From IMG/VR virus record IMGVR_UViG_3300028800_000060, positions 111,699 through 175,698 of that record: a stretch of 64,000 nt of DNA; one strand, written 5' to 3'. The position numbers and the translations under genes are program-made. The notes under the pieces are model-generated. The model ran no database searches and was not told the origin of the DNA. It saw only the letters and a program-made list of their open reading frames with translations. Each line of letters opens with the position of its first letter. The first letter of the stretch is position 1. The DNA is from a virus. Shown here one piece after another: positions 10,401 to 20,128 of this stretch.

Positions 10401-13184
10401 AACAAAATTATGCGTCCAACCTATGATAGCAATGCGATTAATATGCAGTTTGATTCCAACCAAAGTTCAAATGTTGAATTAAACACATTAAAGCCTGCAA
10501 ATTCAATTATAACGTTACCTTATACCGAAGCACCGGTTGTAACACAAACCATGGCTTCACGTCAAGAAAATTTGAACCCATATAATGTTTTTAGTTTCGT
10601 GGGCACGATTGCTTTAAATCCAGCAACAGATACATGGGTTAGCACAGCATATCTTCCAGATCTTACCGTTACAGATAATTCCTTATATGATGCGACTCAG
10701 GCAAACCTTGAAGCGTCAAATACACTAGGCACAATTTGGAATGCCTGGACAACAGATTGGGTTGGACAACCTGTTACATCTCAAAGTACTCCCGCCACTG
10801 ATGGTGTTGATAATTCTACTCCAACAACATCGACATGGGTGGCAACATTACAAGCGACTCCATCACAAATAACGGCAGCGCAAGCATTATTAGCATCTAA
10901 TCCTAATTTGAATGGTAGTTTTCCTGCACCTGCGGGATATGTGATACAAGTTACACCAGGACAAACGAATACTATACCAGTACAAGCTTCAACAACGATA
11001 GGACAAACTAGAACGGGAACAATAACATCATTGATTAATGTTCCCCAAGTTACCGTATCTGATGTATTGGTTAATACTGCAATGGTTCCTTATTGCCGCT
11101 CAAACACAATTGCCTTTACTGCAAAGGGATTAAAACCATTCACACAATTCTGGCCATTTTTCGATATCACCCCAGTCAGTGCATATTGTTCTCCTGGAAC
11201 TTTGGTGACAGATGCAAATGGTATGGTTTCGGGCACTTTTACTATACCTGATCCTACCAGTACCGGTGATCCCACATTTAGAACAGGTACCCGTGTGTTT
11301 AAGTTGGTAAATGATATCAACAATGTGACGGCAAATGTTTCATCATACGCAACTGCAAATTACGTGGCATCAGGTGTTCTTGATACTGACCAGAATACAA
11401 TTACTTCAGTTGGAGTTCCTGAAATACACACACAACAAGTAACTGATAGCCGCACAATTAATAGTGTGACTACTGCACAAGTTGGAAATCAATCAGTAAC
11501 TTGGGTCGATCCTTTAGCACAGTCATTCCTTGTTAATACATTACAAGGTGGTTATTGTGTTACCTCATTAGAGGTTTATTTTGCATCCAAAGATACTAGT
11601 ATTCCAGTAACATTACAAATCCGCGAGATGCAGAATGGAACACCAACACAATCTATTGTACCTTATAGTACGGTAGTATTGAATCCAAACCTGATAAATA
11701 TTTCATCAGATGCATCTGTCAAAACTGTATTTTCATTCCCTTCTCCTGTATATTTGCAGCAAGGAACAGAATATGCTATTGTTTTGTTATCCAATAGTAA
11801 TAGTTATTTCGTTTGGACAGCCTTGATGGGTGATTATGTTTTGAATACCGATGTGTTGATTTCGCAAGTTCCATATACTGGGCTGTTATTCAAATCACAG
11901 AATGCGAGCACTTGGGTTCCTTCTCCTACTGAAGCTTTGAAGTTTACTTTAAATCGCGCAGTTTTCAATTATGGAATTTTGGGAACCGCTATTTTGGAAA
12001 ATCCTGTATTGCCGGCAACGACATTACCTAATCTTTCATTGATAACTTACAATGGAACAAATGCGATAAGAGTTGAAACTCCTACGTGCCATGGCATGCC
12101 AGCCGGAAGTTTGGTTACTATAACTATTCCACCGGGATCAAGTAATGCAAATTGGGCAGCAAGTTATAATGGAATACCTGTTACCGATATTGTTCCGACT
12201 GTATCAGGAGATTTAAGAAGTTCTGCATGGGCTTCGGGCGTGGCTGATACGGTTTTGGGTTCAAGAACCTATATTGTGTCGAATGTTGAGTTGGATAGCT
12301 TCACATTTTTCGTTGTAGATGGTAGTGGTAGTGTTGTTAATGCCACTTCATCGGGATTAACTGGGGTAGCCTTATCTATCACACAAAATTATCCTTACGA
12401 TGTAATGATGCCTATTGTATCAGAATTGAATTTTCCAGGAACTAATACCAAATATTATTCCAGAGGTATCACAGATACATCAACACATGGTTCACAAGTT
12501 CCATATGAAAGAACTTTGGGTGGTAGTTTCCCATTTTCGCAATTTATTCCCAATCAGAATGTTTTATTGACAGCACCTCAATTAGTCGCGTCGGCTATTA
12601 ACGAAGCAAAACTAATTAATATAGGAACACCTTTCGCTAATAAGAGTTTGGTATGGCAGATTAATTTAACTTCTACCGCCGATAATCTTTCACCAATGAT
12701 TGATAGTACAAGATTGACAGCATTGCTGATTAGTAATAGAATAGATTACCGCGTGAATAGTACCACACCACCCTCTTCACCCGCTGCTGCGGCCTCAGCA
12801 TATACATCAGAAACTGCTCCATATGGAGCGACAGATGCCGCCATTTATATTACTCGTCCTGTTACCTTGGTGAATGCTGCAAATAGTATTCACTTCTGGT
12901 TAAGTATTATGCGGCCATATGGTTCACAAGTTGACATTTATTATAAGATTTTGCCTACAAATAGTAATGCGAACTTTGCCGCCGGTGATTATGTTTTAAT
13001 GGATCCAGATCCAAATACAGATTTTTCGCCAGCACAAAATGCCAATGACTTTAAAGATTACTATTGGCATCAAGATTATATAGGAGAATTCACCCAATTT
13101 TCTATTAAAGTGGTTCTTCGATCTACAAATAGTAGCGCTGTACCACTTTGCAAACAATTGCGTACAATAGCTTTGGAGACATAA
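7482..13184 (+). CDS. Large virion structural protein, DUF4815/VrlC-like
   Basis: PYYDDF, LFRPG..LQARELTQLQS, APGAHRYKI, LARRTFD, GFIVDNF, DPLAQSF motifs typical of this T4-like protein. Confidence 0.85.
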   Translation: MPITFSTAPYYDDFSAAKEFYKILFRPGYALQARELTQLQSIFGEQLNRFGRYIFSDGAMVTPGQITYDQNLAYVKVNPTFSAAPIDYDLIDPLVVGTTVQIKGVTTGIVAQVVQVARDINTIYVKYVTSGTSNTVATFADNEVINILPANIGVCQAIVAASTGITAQASIADGVYFIFGKFLNVNSQTIRLADYNQFPSVNVGLQAVETIVTPEDDTSLNDNAIGTPNFAAPGAHRYKIVLNLVALPEGTIADSEFTSLMVIANGTIQSQVQTTALSEIADTLARRTFDANGNFITTPFGFDIHESLLNGNNGGVYTALQGGREDQLAFGIEPGKAYVQGYEIKTITKQYIPLDKARTTNFFQNSHTRAYLGNFIYINRVFGIPSYDLWPSVNLYATPIVTDGVAPVTSIVGTATIRGLQFQEGSFQVIGDPGPIFQCYLTDINITTPGLSLTDIRSLAVNDGTLTTTANILTQVDIVNVVGSFAIGSTITDGTNTETVYAWDTTNNLLLTQPSAVSIPTNSPITSSATGTANILQRISLFDPSDNILLYQLPQGTVSTVRDTSGSITTSYSYRKVFTPVAASSGTVTFATSTNEVFASMEITDYVACIESGTGAGTLVDVTSSSPVFSSGLAHLTFNAPNGTTVKLSATVVKEIAVEKTKSLQTQSLTVTTPASVLNLGKADIYNILGIWTGTDNTGTNITSWYKLDRGQRDNRYDFGTLSLLPGYTSPSSVFIQYQYFTHSSGDYFSVNSYLNFDAALPNYIAGATYYPLIPSYNGSNGTKYLLRDCYDFRPRVNDTATPTSTIANAAVPVPPTYVTPGKLVKPNDDIVSDFSYYLGRIDKIYLDENGFFRVIEGTPSLTPLAPPDPATGMVVAILGYPAYTFSPTSVSIKSIPNKVYPMVKIGDLETRIAQLEYYTALNLLEQQTANMQIPDATTGLNRYQSGFIVDNFVDNSVSDYNNSDCKFSLDALNKIMRPTYDSNAINMQFDSNQSSNVELNTLKPANSIITLPYTEAPVVTQTMASRQENLNPYNVFSFVGTIALNPATDTWVSTAYLPDLTVTDNSLYDATQANLEASNTLGTIWNAWTTDWVGQPVTSQSTPATDGVDNSTPTTSTWVATLQATPSQITAAQALLASNPNLNGSFPAPAGYVIQVTPGQTNTIPVQASTTIGQTRTGTITSLINVPQVTVSDVLVNTAMVPYCRSNTIAFTAKGLKPFTQFWPFFDITPVSAYCSPGTLVTDANGMVSGTFTIPDPTSTGDPTFRTGTRVFKLVNDINNVTANVSSYATANYVASGVLDTDQNTITSVGVPEIHTQQVTDSRTINSVTTAQVGNQSVTWVDPLAQSFLVNTLQGGYCVTSLEVYFASKDTSIPVTLQIREMQNGTPTQSIVPYSTVVLNPNLINISSDASVKTVFSFPSPVYLQQGTEYAIVLLSNSNSYFVWTALMGDYVLNTDVLISQVPYTGLLFKSQNASTWVPSPTEALKFTLNRAVFNYGILGTAILENPVLPATTLPNLSLITYNGTNAIRVETPTCHGMPAGSLVTITIPPGSSNANWAASYNGIPVTDIVPTVSGDLRSSAWASGVADTVLGSRTYIVSNVELDSFTFFVVDGSGSVVNATSSGLTGVALSITQNYPYDVMMPIVSELNFPGTNTKYYSRGITDTSTHGSQVPYERTLGGSFPFSQFIPNQNVLLTAPQLVASAINEAKLINIGTPFANKSLVWQINLTSTADNLSPMIDSTRLTALLISNRIDYRVNSTTPPSSPAAAASAYTSETAPYGATDAAIYITRPVTLVNAANSIHFWLSIMRPYGSQVDIYYKILPTNSNANFAAGDYVLMDPDPNTDFSPAQNANDFKDYYWHQDYIGEFTQFSIKVVLRSTNSSAVPLCKQLRTIALET

Positions 13185-13186
13185 AT

Positions 13187-13408
13187 ATGCTTCCTCAATA
13201 TTTACCAATAGAAAATAATCCAAATTTGGCCCGCCATACGAATAGTATGGCGGTTGTCAATTTGGATAAACAATCTCGAATTCAATACCGAATACAAAAA
13301 GAAAGAATTTTGAGAGAAAAAGAAGACATAAATAATTTAAGAAAAGAAGTTGACGATTTAAAAAACCTAGTTATGGAGTTATTAGCTCAAAAGAGTAAGG
13401 AAAAATAA
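13187..13408 (+). CDS. Small coiled-coil protein following the DUF4815 gene
   Basis: Start taken at ATG 13187; L.RH.NSMAVVNLD then EDINNLRKEVDDLKNLV. Confidence 0.7.
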   Translation: MLPQYLPIENNPNLARHTNSMAVVNLDKQSRIQYRIQKERILREKEDINNLRKEVDDLKNLVMELLAQKSKEK

Positions 13409-13977
13409 TGAAAACATTCAAATCTGTATTGTTAATGTTAGCTTTAGGAAGTATATTGGCTTTCGGTCAAACAACGACATCGACACCAATAACTTTACCA
13501 ACATCTATTTCTGTTGTTGGAGAATTTAATCAATTAGCTACACCTCAGTGGGCTATAGGAATTTCAGCTTTATATGCACCATCAGTTCAAAGTAATATTG
13601 GTATGTACGATACTACTAGTGCTGATGTAATTCCTGTTAGAGCTAATGATCCGGTTACAAAGAAACCATTTATTGCTATTTCGGCCAGTATTCGCCAAGG
13701 CGTACATGAAAAGATTTTATGTTCAGGTAAATATTGTTTCTTTTTAGGTGGAGATATTGGTCCTGGGTTTTCTTCAAATTCAACGAATGGTGTTAGTTTA
13801 AGTTTTACTAGTTCTTTCGTTGCAACATCGATTTACCGAATAAAACCTTGGCTTAGTTTTGTTGTACCGATTAGAATGCTTTATGTTTCTGGTATTGGAT
13901 GGAATCCTGTTCTTCAGGCGGGTTTCAGTTTTAATCTAAAAGCTTTACCACCTCCTGCGCCAGATGCTATAAAATAA
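13408..13977 (+). CDS. Exported protein, possible small outer-membrane beta-barrel
   Basis: Signal peptide MKTFKSVLLMLALGSILAFG; amphipathic strands ending LQAGFSFNL. Confidence 0.55.
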   Translation: MKTFKSVLLMLALGSILAFGQTTTSTPITLPTSISVVGEFNQLATPQWAIGISALYAPSVQSNIGMYDTTSADVIPVRANDPVTKKPFIAISASIRQGVHEKILCSGKYCFFLGGDIGPGFSSNSTNGVSLSFTSSFVATSIYRIKPWLSFVVPIRMLYVSGIGWNPVLQAGFSFNLKALPPPAPDAIK

Positions 13978-13998
13978 GCGATCTATTAGAGCCCTCTC

Positions 13999-14054
13999 AA
14001 AAGCCGTCTAATATTTCCCTCATATAAGGGATCTATTAGACGGCTTTTTATTTT
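13999..14054 (+). terminator. Long hairpin terminator ending the late baseplate transcript
   Basis: AAAAGCCGTCTAATA ... TATTAGACGGCTTTT followed by T-rich tract. Confidence 0.75.
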
Positions 14055-14103
14055 ACTTAACAAAAATAATAATTTTTTGTATACTTGAAATATAGACGAC
14101 CAA

Positions 14104-14535
14104 ATGACACTAGAACAATTGCAACAAAGATTCCCTGATGCTACAATGGACACATGGCATCAGCACTCCCGGGGATCCGGTTGGATCCAGAATACGGCAT
14201 ATGTGGAACCATCGGTGTACGTGGGGCCGGATGCTTTAATATTTGGATATGCTCGGGTATCCGGAGATGTCTGGGTATCCGGAGATGCCCGGGTATATGG
14301 TGATGCCTGGGTGTCTGGAAATGCCTGGGTATACGGAGATGTCCGGGTATTTGGAAGCGCCTGGGTGTCAGACAATGCCTCAGTGTCTGAAAATGCCTGG
14401 GTATTTGGAGATGCCTGGGTATTTGAATTTGCATGGTTATACGGAAATGCCACGGTATGTGGAAATGCCAAGGTATATGGAGATCAAGTGATATCTGGAA
14501 ATACTCTGATAGGAATACCAGAATATACGTTTTGA
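14104..14535 (+). CDS. Hexapeptide-repeat (left-handed beta-helix) protein, paralog 1
   Basis: MTLEQLQQRFPDAT..TWHQH..GSGWI N-terminus plus (V/I)xG(N/D)Ax hexads. Confidence 0.85.
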   Translation: MTLEQLQQRFPDATMDTWHQHSRGSGWIQNTAYVEPSVYVGPDALIFGYARVSGDVWVSGDARVYGDAWVSGNAWVYGDVRVFGSAWVSDNASVSENAWVFGDAWVFEFAWLYGNATVCGNAKVYGDQVISGNTLIGIPEYTF

Positions 14536-14551
14536 TGATGAGAATAATATA

Positions 14552-15520
14552 ATGAAACTAGAACAAATTGGGTTTTATACTCTATCAGATAAAAGAGCAG
14601 CAACGGCTAGCCAATTTTCTCCCTTGTCTCGTTGTGAAATGCTTTTAACTGGCCGTTGTAATTTCCATTGTCCTTATTGTCGAAGTGTTGGAGGACCAGA
14701 TAAACCCTGGGAAGAAGCCGCGGCTGTAGTAAAGCTTTGGGCTTCCCAGGGACTTTACGCTATAAGGTTTAGTGGTGGAGAACCTCTAATGTATCCCAAA
14801 CTCAATGATTTGGTTGCATTAGCTAAAAAAGAGGGAATCCAAAAAATTGCGATTTCCACTAATGGTTCTTTCCCACTCGACCGATATCGGAAACTTATTG
14901 ATTTGGGTGTAAATGATTTTTCCATTTCCTTAGATGCTTGTTGTGCCGAGGATGGAGATTTTATGGCAGGTGGTATTAAAGGTGCATTCAATCGGGTTGT
15001 GGCAAATATTCGCGATTTGTCCAAATTAACGTATATCACTGTTGGTATAGTTCTCACTACTAAGAATGCCAACACTGTAGGGGAGATTATCAAATTTGCC
15101 GATAGTTTGGGCGTTCAAGATATTCGAGTTATTCCCGCCGCTCAAGCGGGAGATAAGTTAAAACAGATTAAAATTGATGAGGAATTACTTCAAAAATATC
15201 CTATCTTGCGCTATCGGATTAAAAATTTGCGAAATAATAGGCCTGTTAGAGGTTTGCGTCCTTGGAACAGTCATAAATGTGGTTTAGTATTGGATGATAT
15301 GGCTGTATGTGAAGGAGAGCATTTCCCCTGTATCATTTATCTTCGTGAAGGTGGAAAAGCAATCGGTAAAATTACAGATAACGATGTTAGGCAAGACCGT
15401 GCTTTGTGGTATGAAAGTCATGACACACATCAGGATCCCATCTGTTCTAGTAATTGTTTAGATGTGTGCGTTGATTACAACAATAGGTTTGAATCTTTTC
15501 GACCGATTGACAATCCATAA
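14552..15520 (+). CDS. Radical SAM protein (MoaA-like fold)
   Basis: CNFHCPYC, FSGGEPL, ISTNG, SISLD; extra C-terminal Cys residues. Confidence 0.9.
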   Translation: MKLEQIGFYTLSDKRAATASQFSPLSRCEMLLTGRCNFHCPYCRSVGGPDKPWEEAAAVVKLWASQGLYAIRFSGGEPLMYPKLNDLVALAKKEGIQKIAISTNGSFPLDRYRKLIDLGVNDFSISLDACCAEDGDFMAGGIKGAFNRVVANIRDLSKLTYITVGIVLTTKNANTVGEIIKFADSLGVQDIRVIPAAQAGDKLKQIKIDEELLQKYPILRYRIKNLRNNRPVRGLRPWNSHKCGLVLDDMAVCEGEHFPCIIYLREGGKAIGKITDNDVRQDRALWYESHDTHQDPICSSNCLDVCVDYNNRFESFRPIDNP

Positions 15521-15535
15521 TCTTTTTGTTAACAT
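15507..15535 (+). promoter_or_regulatory. sigma70-type promoter, leaderless
   Basis: TTGACA-17-TAACAT, ATG 6 nt later (15542). Confidence 0.6.
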
Positions 15536-15541
15536 CATTAT

Positions 15542-15721
15542 ATGAGCGATTACAAATATGAAATGCAAATGATTGCCGAAGATTTGGCATCCGAGAATGG
15601 ATGCGAATATTTCAACTTAGATTCCGTTTCGCAATGTGAATATTTTGAAAAGGCCATTTCGGTTTGGAATGATAAGCGCGGCGCTCAAATTGATGCACTA
15701 ATGGCTAAACAAGGGAGATAG
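15542..15721 (+). CDS. Hypothetical protein (59 aa, not in ORF track)
   Basis: MSDYKYEMQMIAEDLASENGCEYF...QGR*; directly behind promoter. Confidence 0.6.
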   Translation: MSDYKYEMQMIAEDLASENGCEYFNLDSVSQCEYFEKAISVWNDKRGAQIDALMAKQGR

Positions 15722-15725
15722 CCAC

Positions 15726-17512
15726 ATGGATAAAATCCAACACGATTCAACTGAATATATTGTGGCTTGTGCCGCCCGAGGAAGAATTTTTTCCGAGCAT
15801 AAGACGGGCAAGGCCGCACAAAAAAAGATGAAAAAGTATCCTTGTTTGGATGCTGATGATTACTGCATCTATTCGCGAAGGGATTGGATAGAAGTGGTAT
15901 ACCATCGCTAAGGAAAAATAATGCAACCACAATGGAAGTATATCGGTACAATTGGTGACTGCGACCCCATTACTTACGGTGGTGGTTTCGTGTATGTCGA
16001 TGAACTGGGCAATTATAGTCCTGAAATTGCGTGGTTCGAACCAGAAACTGATGATAAATCGTGGCAAGAACACGGGGACCAAATACCTGTGGTAATTTCA
16101 AGGATTCTCATCGAAAAAGATTCCACTGAAGAGTGGTGGTACAGAGATTTGGATGTATTGTCCCGGGTCATTGGAAAACCACTCGAAGAATTGCAACAGA
16201 TGGCAAACAGTAACTGTACTATGGAAAAGGCACTGTTGTATATGGATCTTTTGTGTTTTTTTGGTTCTTACCAATTCGACCAAGAACCACAAGTAATTTC
16301 CGAAAAAACCGCATATCAAAAGTATGCAAAGGAAATGGAAGAAACAACTCAAAATGCTAGATGAAACCTGGTTGGACGAACAACGGAGAATTCAAGGCAT
16401 GACTGTGTTATGCCCAAAATGTAATAACACACCCAAAATTAACAACAGTTGTAGCCAATGTACCGGATGGGGATACGTAAAACCGGGAGTAGATTCCGAA
16501 TGCATTCACGTCTGGCGGGAGATCTCTCCTAAAGAGGCAGATGCTCGGGGAATTTATCACCCGGGTATGTGCTATCATACCTACATATGTGCTAAGTGCA
16601 AAACTTCTATGAGCCAAGACTCATCCGATTGATTTCCTTGGCCCTGTTTTGCTATCATCTTTGATATGAATCTTATTTTAAGAAGGTGTGATTATGGAAC
16701 GAATTACTAGAAAACACCTGGAACACAAGGTTGAATGGTTGAAGAAAGAGGGTTTCACCGATATATCTCTCGACCATCATCAGCCTGGTGGTTCAAAGTA
16801 TACCTGGGCCGTTGAAAATGCTGAAGGATCTTGCCGACTTGGATGGTCTGGTAGAATGACGGCTCGTGAATGTCTCATCTATTTGAATGGCATGCTACAT
16901 GCGTGGGAAAGTAAATGTGGAGATACATCTTCGCGGTTATAATTCGAGGGGTACCAAATAGGCATTACAGGCATGTTTGTGCCAGTTGCCATCAGACCGG
17001 GCAGGCACATTATAATTGGAATGGTTGTTGGAGATTTAAAGCCAAAAAACGGTCTGAATTGCTCAGGAAATATTAAATATATGTCTGTAGCCAAAATTAT
17101 TGATGCATATCCACCAAGTATGGGATTACCGCTTTTAGCTTGGAAAGCTTTTCGTAAAAGTGAAAGTTCACCAAAAAGTATTTTTTTCCCCCATTGGGAT
17201 ATTAACGGTAAATATAATCCCGGAACTGATAAAGTTCTTCTAAATACTTGGCTTCGTGCGACAAATCAAGATGCCTTGACCTTGGAGGGAACAAAATATA
17301 TTTCTGGTTTCCATACATTTAGATCTATGGAATACGCTAAAAAGTGGGTTAACGGAAAAAGTAATCGCGTTATTATTCCGGTCACAATAAACCTTGTTCG
17401 TTATAAAATGTTACATTGTCCGGAATACAAACATAAGGATATTCCTTCCTTAGAAGGATGGGTTTCAGATTTGATGTATATAGATGAAGCAGAAATTCAA
17501 AATTACCTTTGA
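15726..17512 (+). CDS. Run of small hypothetical genes (15726-15911, 15921-16364, 16354-16632 Cys-rich Zn-finger-like, 16688-16942, 17081-17512)
   Basis: Tightly packed co-oriented ORFs, several with AGGA/GGAG RBS. Confidence 0.6.
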
Positions 17513-17589
17513 TCCTTGTGTCGAATAGACATTCCGGCCTAAATTCGCTACACTGGCCAAGTGAGCAAATTTATTACTCTGGAGAACGC

Positions 17590-18612
17590 ATGAGCGGACC
17601 GAAAAAGAGTTTCGATTCAGCAGTTGCGGGCCTTGTGGCCCAGTTTGGGCACCAAATAAGTAGTAAGAATATCTTAGCTTATTGCCGAGAAAATAATGTT
17701 TCTGTGCCTTTGGCAGTAAGGAGTTGTAAAATTGGACGGGGTTGGTATGATCTTACTCCGCTATTGAATGCGTCACAGAACAACAATGTCCAGATGCCTA
17801 CATCTCATACCGAAATTGTGCGGGAAATGACAGATGAGGAAGTAGAACAGGACATCAATTCACGGTTTGCGAGTCTTGATTTGATGACTTATGGGGTAAT
17901 TGATGGAAAATATCGTTCATTGATTGTGAGCGGCAATCCCGGAACAGGGAAAACATTTACACTCGAAATGATTTTGGAATCAGCGGCTAATAAGTCTAAG
18001 ATTTTGTATACGGGTGTTCGTGGATATGTCCGAGCTACTGGCTTATATCGGTTGATGTGGGAACACCGTCATGAGCAATGTGTGCTATTGATGGATGATG
18101 CCGATTCTATCTTTCAAGATGAAATTTCATTGAATCTCCTCAAAGGGGGTTTAGATACTACGAAACGCCGGCATATTAGCTGGAGATCAGAAAAGATCTT
18201 TGAGTCCGCAGACGGCGAAAATATTCCTCAAGAATTTGATTTCCATGGAGCAATCATCTTCGTATCGAATATTGACTTCCAAAGATCTGTCGCCCAGGGG
18301 AATAAACTCGCGGTACATCTAGCGGCTTTGATGTCCCGTAGTTATTATTTGGATTTAAATCTCCTGAGTGTTCGGGAATTGATTGTCCGAATCAAAAGTG
18401 TCGTGGAACATTCCGGCATTTTAAAAGAAATGGGAATCAATAAAAAGGATCAGGTAGCAATTTTGGATTACATCATTGAAAACCAAAATCGGATTCGAGA
18501 ATTATCTCTACGAACTGTAACCAAGATGGGGATGATTTGGACAGTAGCGGCAGGCAATCAAGATAACTTTACCAAAATGGCAAGTGCCACTTGTATGGTG
18601 AGAGGACGATAA
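17590..18612 (+). CDS. P-loop AAA+ ATPase
   Basis: Walker A GNPGTGKT, Walker B LLMDDAD; GGAG RBS before ATG 17590. Confidence 0.85.
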   Translation: MSGPKKSFDSAVAGLVAQFGHQISSKNILAYCRENNVSVPLAVRSCKIGRGWYDLTPLLNASQNNNVQMPTSHTEIVREMTDEEVEQDINSRFASLDLMTYGVIDGKYRSLIVSGNPGTGKTFTLEMILESAANKSKILYTGVRGYVRATGLYRLMWEHRHEQCVLLMDDADSIFQDEISLNLLKGGLDTTKRRHISWRSEKIFESADGENIPQEFDFHGAIIFVSNIDFQRSVAQGNKLAVHLAALMSRSYYLDLNLLSVRELIVRIKSVVEHSGILKEMGINKKDQVAILDYIIENQNRIRELSLRTVTKMGMIWTVAAGNQDNFTKMASATCMVRGR

Positions 18613-18613
18613 T

Positions 18614-18865
18614 ATGGCAGGTATTAAAATAGAAGGAGTGGATTGCGATACGGCTCAAGAAGTGGGCCGGGTGGGTATTATTCCAGTTTTAGAACTTGAA
18701 CCCTGCGGAACAAAGTTTAAAATAGGATGTAAAATTTTTGTGGCCGGAGAACAATGTACCCGGTCAGATTTTTATGCTGCAGTTGCCGAAGCAGGATTAA
18801 ATCTGGCAGATTTTATGGAGTGCCCTGAGGAATATCTTTTTCTGAGGATTAAGGAGGTATTTTAA
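18614..18865 (+). CDS. Hypothetical protein
   Basis: ORF with GAGG RBS, coupled to neighbours. Confidence 0.6.
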   Translation: MAGIKIEGVDCDTAQEVGRVGIIPVLELEPCGTKFKIGCKIFVAGEQCTRSDFYAAVAEAGLNLADFMECPEEYLFLRIKEVF

Positions 18866-19072
18866 ATGACAAAAACTGGTAAGTGGATTATTGATCCTAT
18901 CATGCATCAAAATGAAATTGTAGGTGTGGATTTTATAGATGAAAATGGTCAAACCATTTCAGTAGGAGTCAACTTCAATTTTTCCGATTATATCACCATC
19001 TCAGGAGATGATTGTTTAATTATTATGCCATGGGCCACCAATAAGTGTTTAATTAAACATACGGATATTTGA
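18866..19072 (+). CDS. Hypothetical protein sharing its C-terminus with LbH paralog 2
   Basis: AGGAGG RBS; ends ISGDDCLIIMPWATNKCLIKHTDI. Confidence 0.65.
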   Translation: MTKTGKWIIDPIMHQNEIVGVDFIDENGQTISVGVNFNFSDYITISGDDCLIIMPWATNKCLIKHTDI

Positions 19073-19614
19073 TATCCCTTTTGTTTCTGATATACTGTAA
19101 TTGAAAGCTCATTTTATGACTCTAGAACAGTTACAACTCATGTTCCCCGATGCCACAAAAGAAACATGGCATCAGCATTCCCATGGATCCGGATGGATCT
19201 ATAATACGGCATATGTGGAACCCACGGCATATGTGGGTCCGGATGCTACGGTGTCCGGAAATGCCCGGGTATTAGAAAATGCCCGGGTATTAGAAAATGC
19301 TTGGGTATTCGGAAATGCTTGGGTATTCGGAAATGCTTGTGTATCCGGAAATGCTCAGGTATCAGGAAATGCTATTATACACGATAATACCTGGGTATTC
19401 GAAAATGCCTGGGTTTTTGAACATGCCGAGGTGTCCGAATACGCACGGGTATCAGGAAATGCTAGGGTATATGGATATGCGCATATAAACGGAGTTGTAC
19501 GGATATCTGGAGATAATAGTTTATTTATTAATCCATGGGCCACAAACTTATGTAGGATTAAACATACGGATATTTGATATCCCTTTTGTTTCTGATATAC
19601 TGTAATTGAAAGCT
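19053..19614 (+). repeat. Direct repeat of gene end plus promoter (~57 bp identical; copies at about 19053-19109 and 19558-19614)
   Basis: TTAAACATACGGATATTTGATATCCCTTTTGTTTCTGATATACTGTAATTGAAAGCT twice, each followed by an LbH gene start. Confidence 0.9.
19116..19577 (+). CDS. LbH hexapeptide-repeat protein, paralog 2
   Basis: Same N-terminal domain and hexads. Confidence 0.85.
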   Translation: MTLEQLQLMFPDATKETWHQHSHGSGWIYNTAYVEPTAYVGPDATVSGNARVLENARVLENAWVFGNAWVFGNACVSGNAQVSGNAIIHDNTWVFENAWVFEHAEVSEYARVSGNARVYGYAHINGVVRISGDNSLFINPWATNLCRIKHTDI

Positions 19615-19615
19615 T

Positions 19616-20125
19616 ATGACACTACAACAATTGAAACAAAAATTCCTTGATGCCACTGAGGACACATGGCATCAGCACTCCAATGGGGGTGGATGGATCG
19701 AGAATACGGCATACGTTGAACCCACGTCCTTTGTGGGGCTGAATGCTTTGGTATTTGGATATGCCATAGTGGTCGAAAATGCCTGTGTGTTTGGAGACGC
19801 CTGTGTGTTCGGAAATGCCATGGTGGCCGGGTGTGCCATGGTATATGGAAATGCTCAGGTATCCGGAAATGCCCGGGTGTACAAAAACGCTTGTGTATAT
19901 GAAAATGCCCGGGTGTTTGGAGATGCCTTTGTATCTGGAAACGCCCGTGTGTACGGATATGCCTTTGTATATGGAGACGCCTGTGTGTCTGGAAATGCCC
20001 AGGTGTCATGCAGTGCCTGGGTATCCGGAAATGCCCGGGTTCTGGGAGATGCGCATGTAACCGGATTTGCCTGGGTATTCGGAGATGAGAGAATAACTTC
20101 TCTCATCGGAAAGTTTAAAGGATAA
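19616..20125 (+). CDS. LbH hexapeptide-repeat protein, paralog 3
   Basis: Same N-terminal domain and hexads. Confidence 0.85.
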   Translation: MTLQQLKQKFLDATEDTWHQHSNGGGWIENTAYVEPTSFVGLNALVFGYAIVVENACVFGDACVFGNAMVAGCAMVYGNAQVSGNARVYKNACVYENARVFGDAFVSGNARVYGYAFVYGDACVSGNAQVSCSAWVSGNARVLGDAHVTGFAWVFGDERITSLIGKFKG

Positions 20126-20128
20126 AAA

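Noticed and set aside
14552-15520. QueE / 7-deazaguanine modification gene explaining the GG/CC island
   Set aside because: Looks like a generic MoaA-like radical SAM; no queC, queD, folE or dpdA in the window
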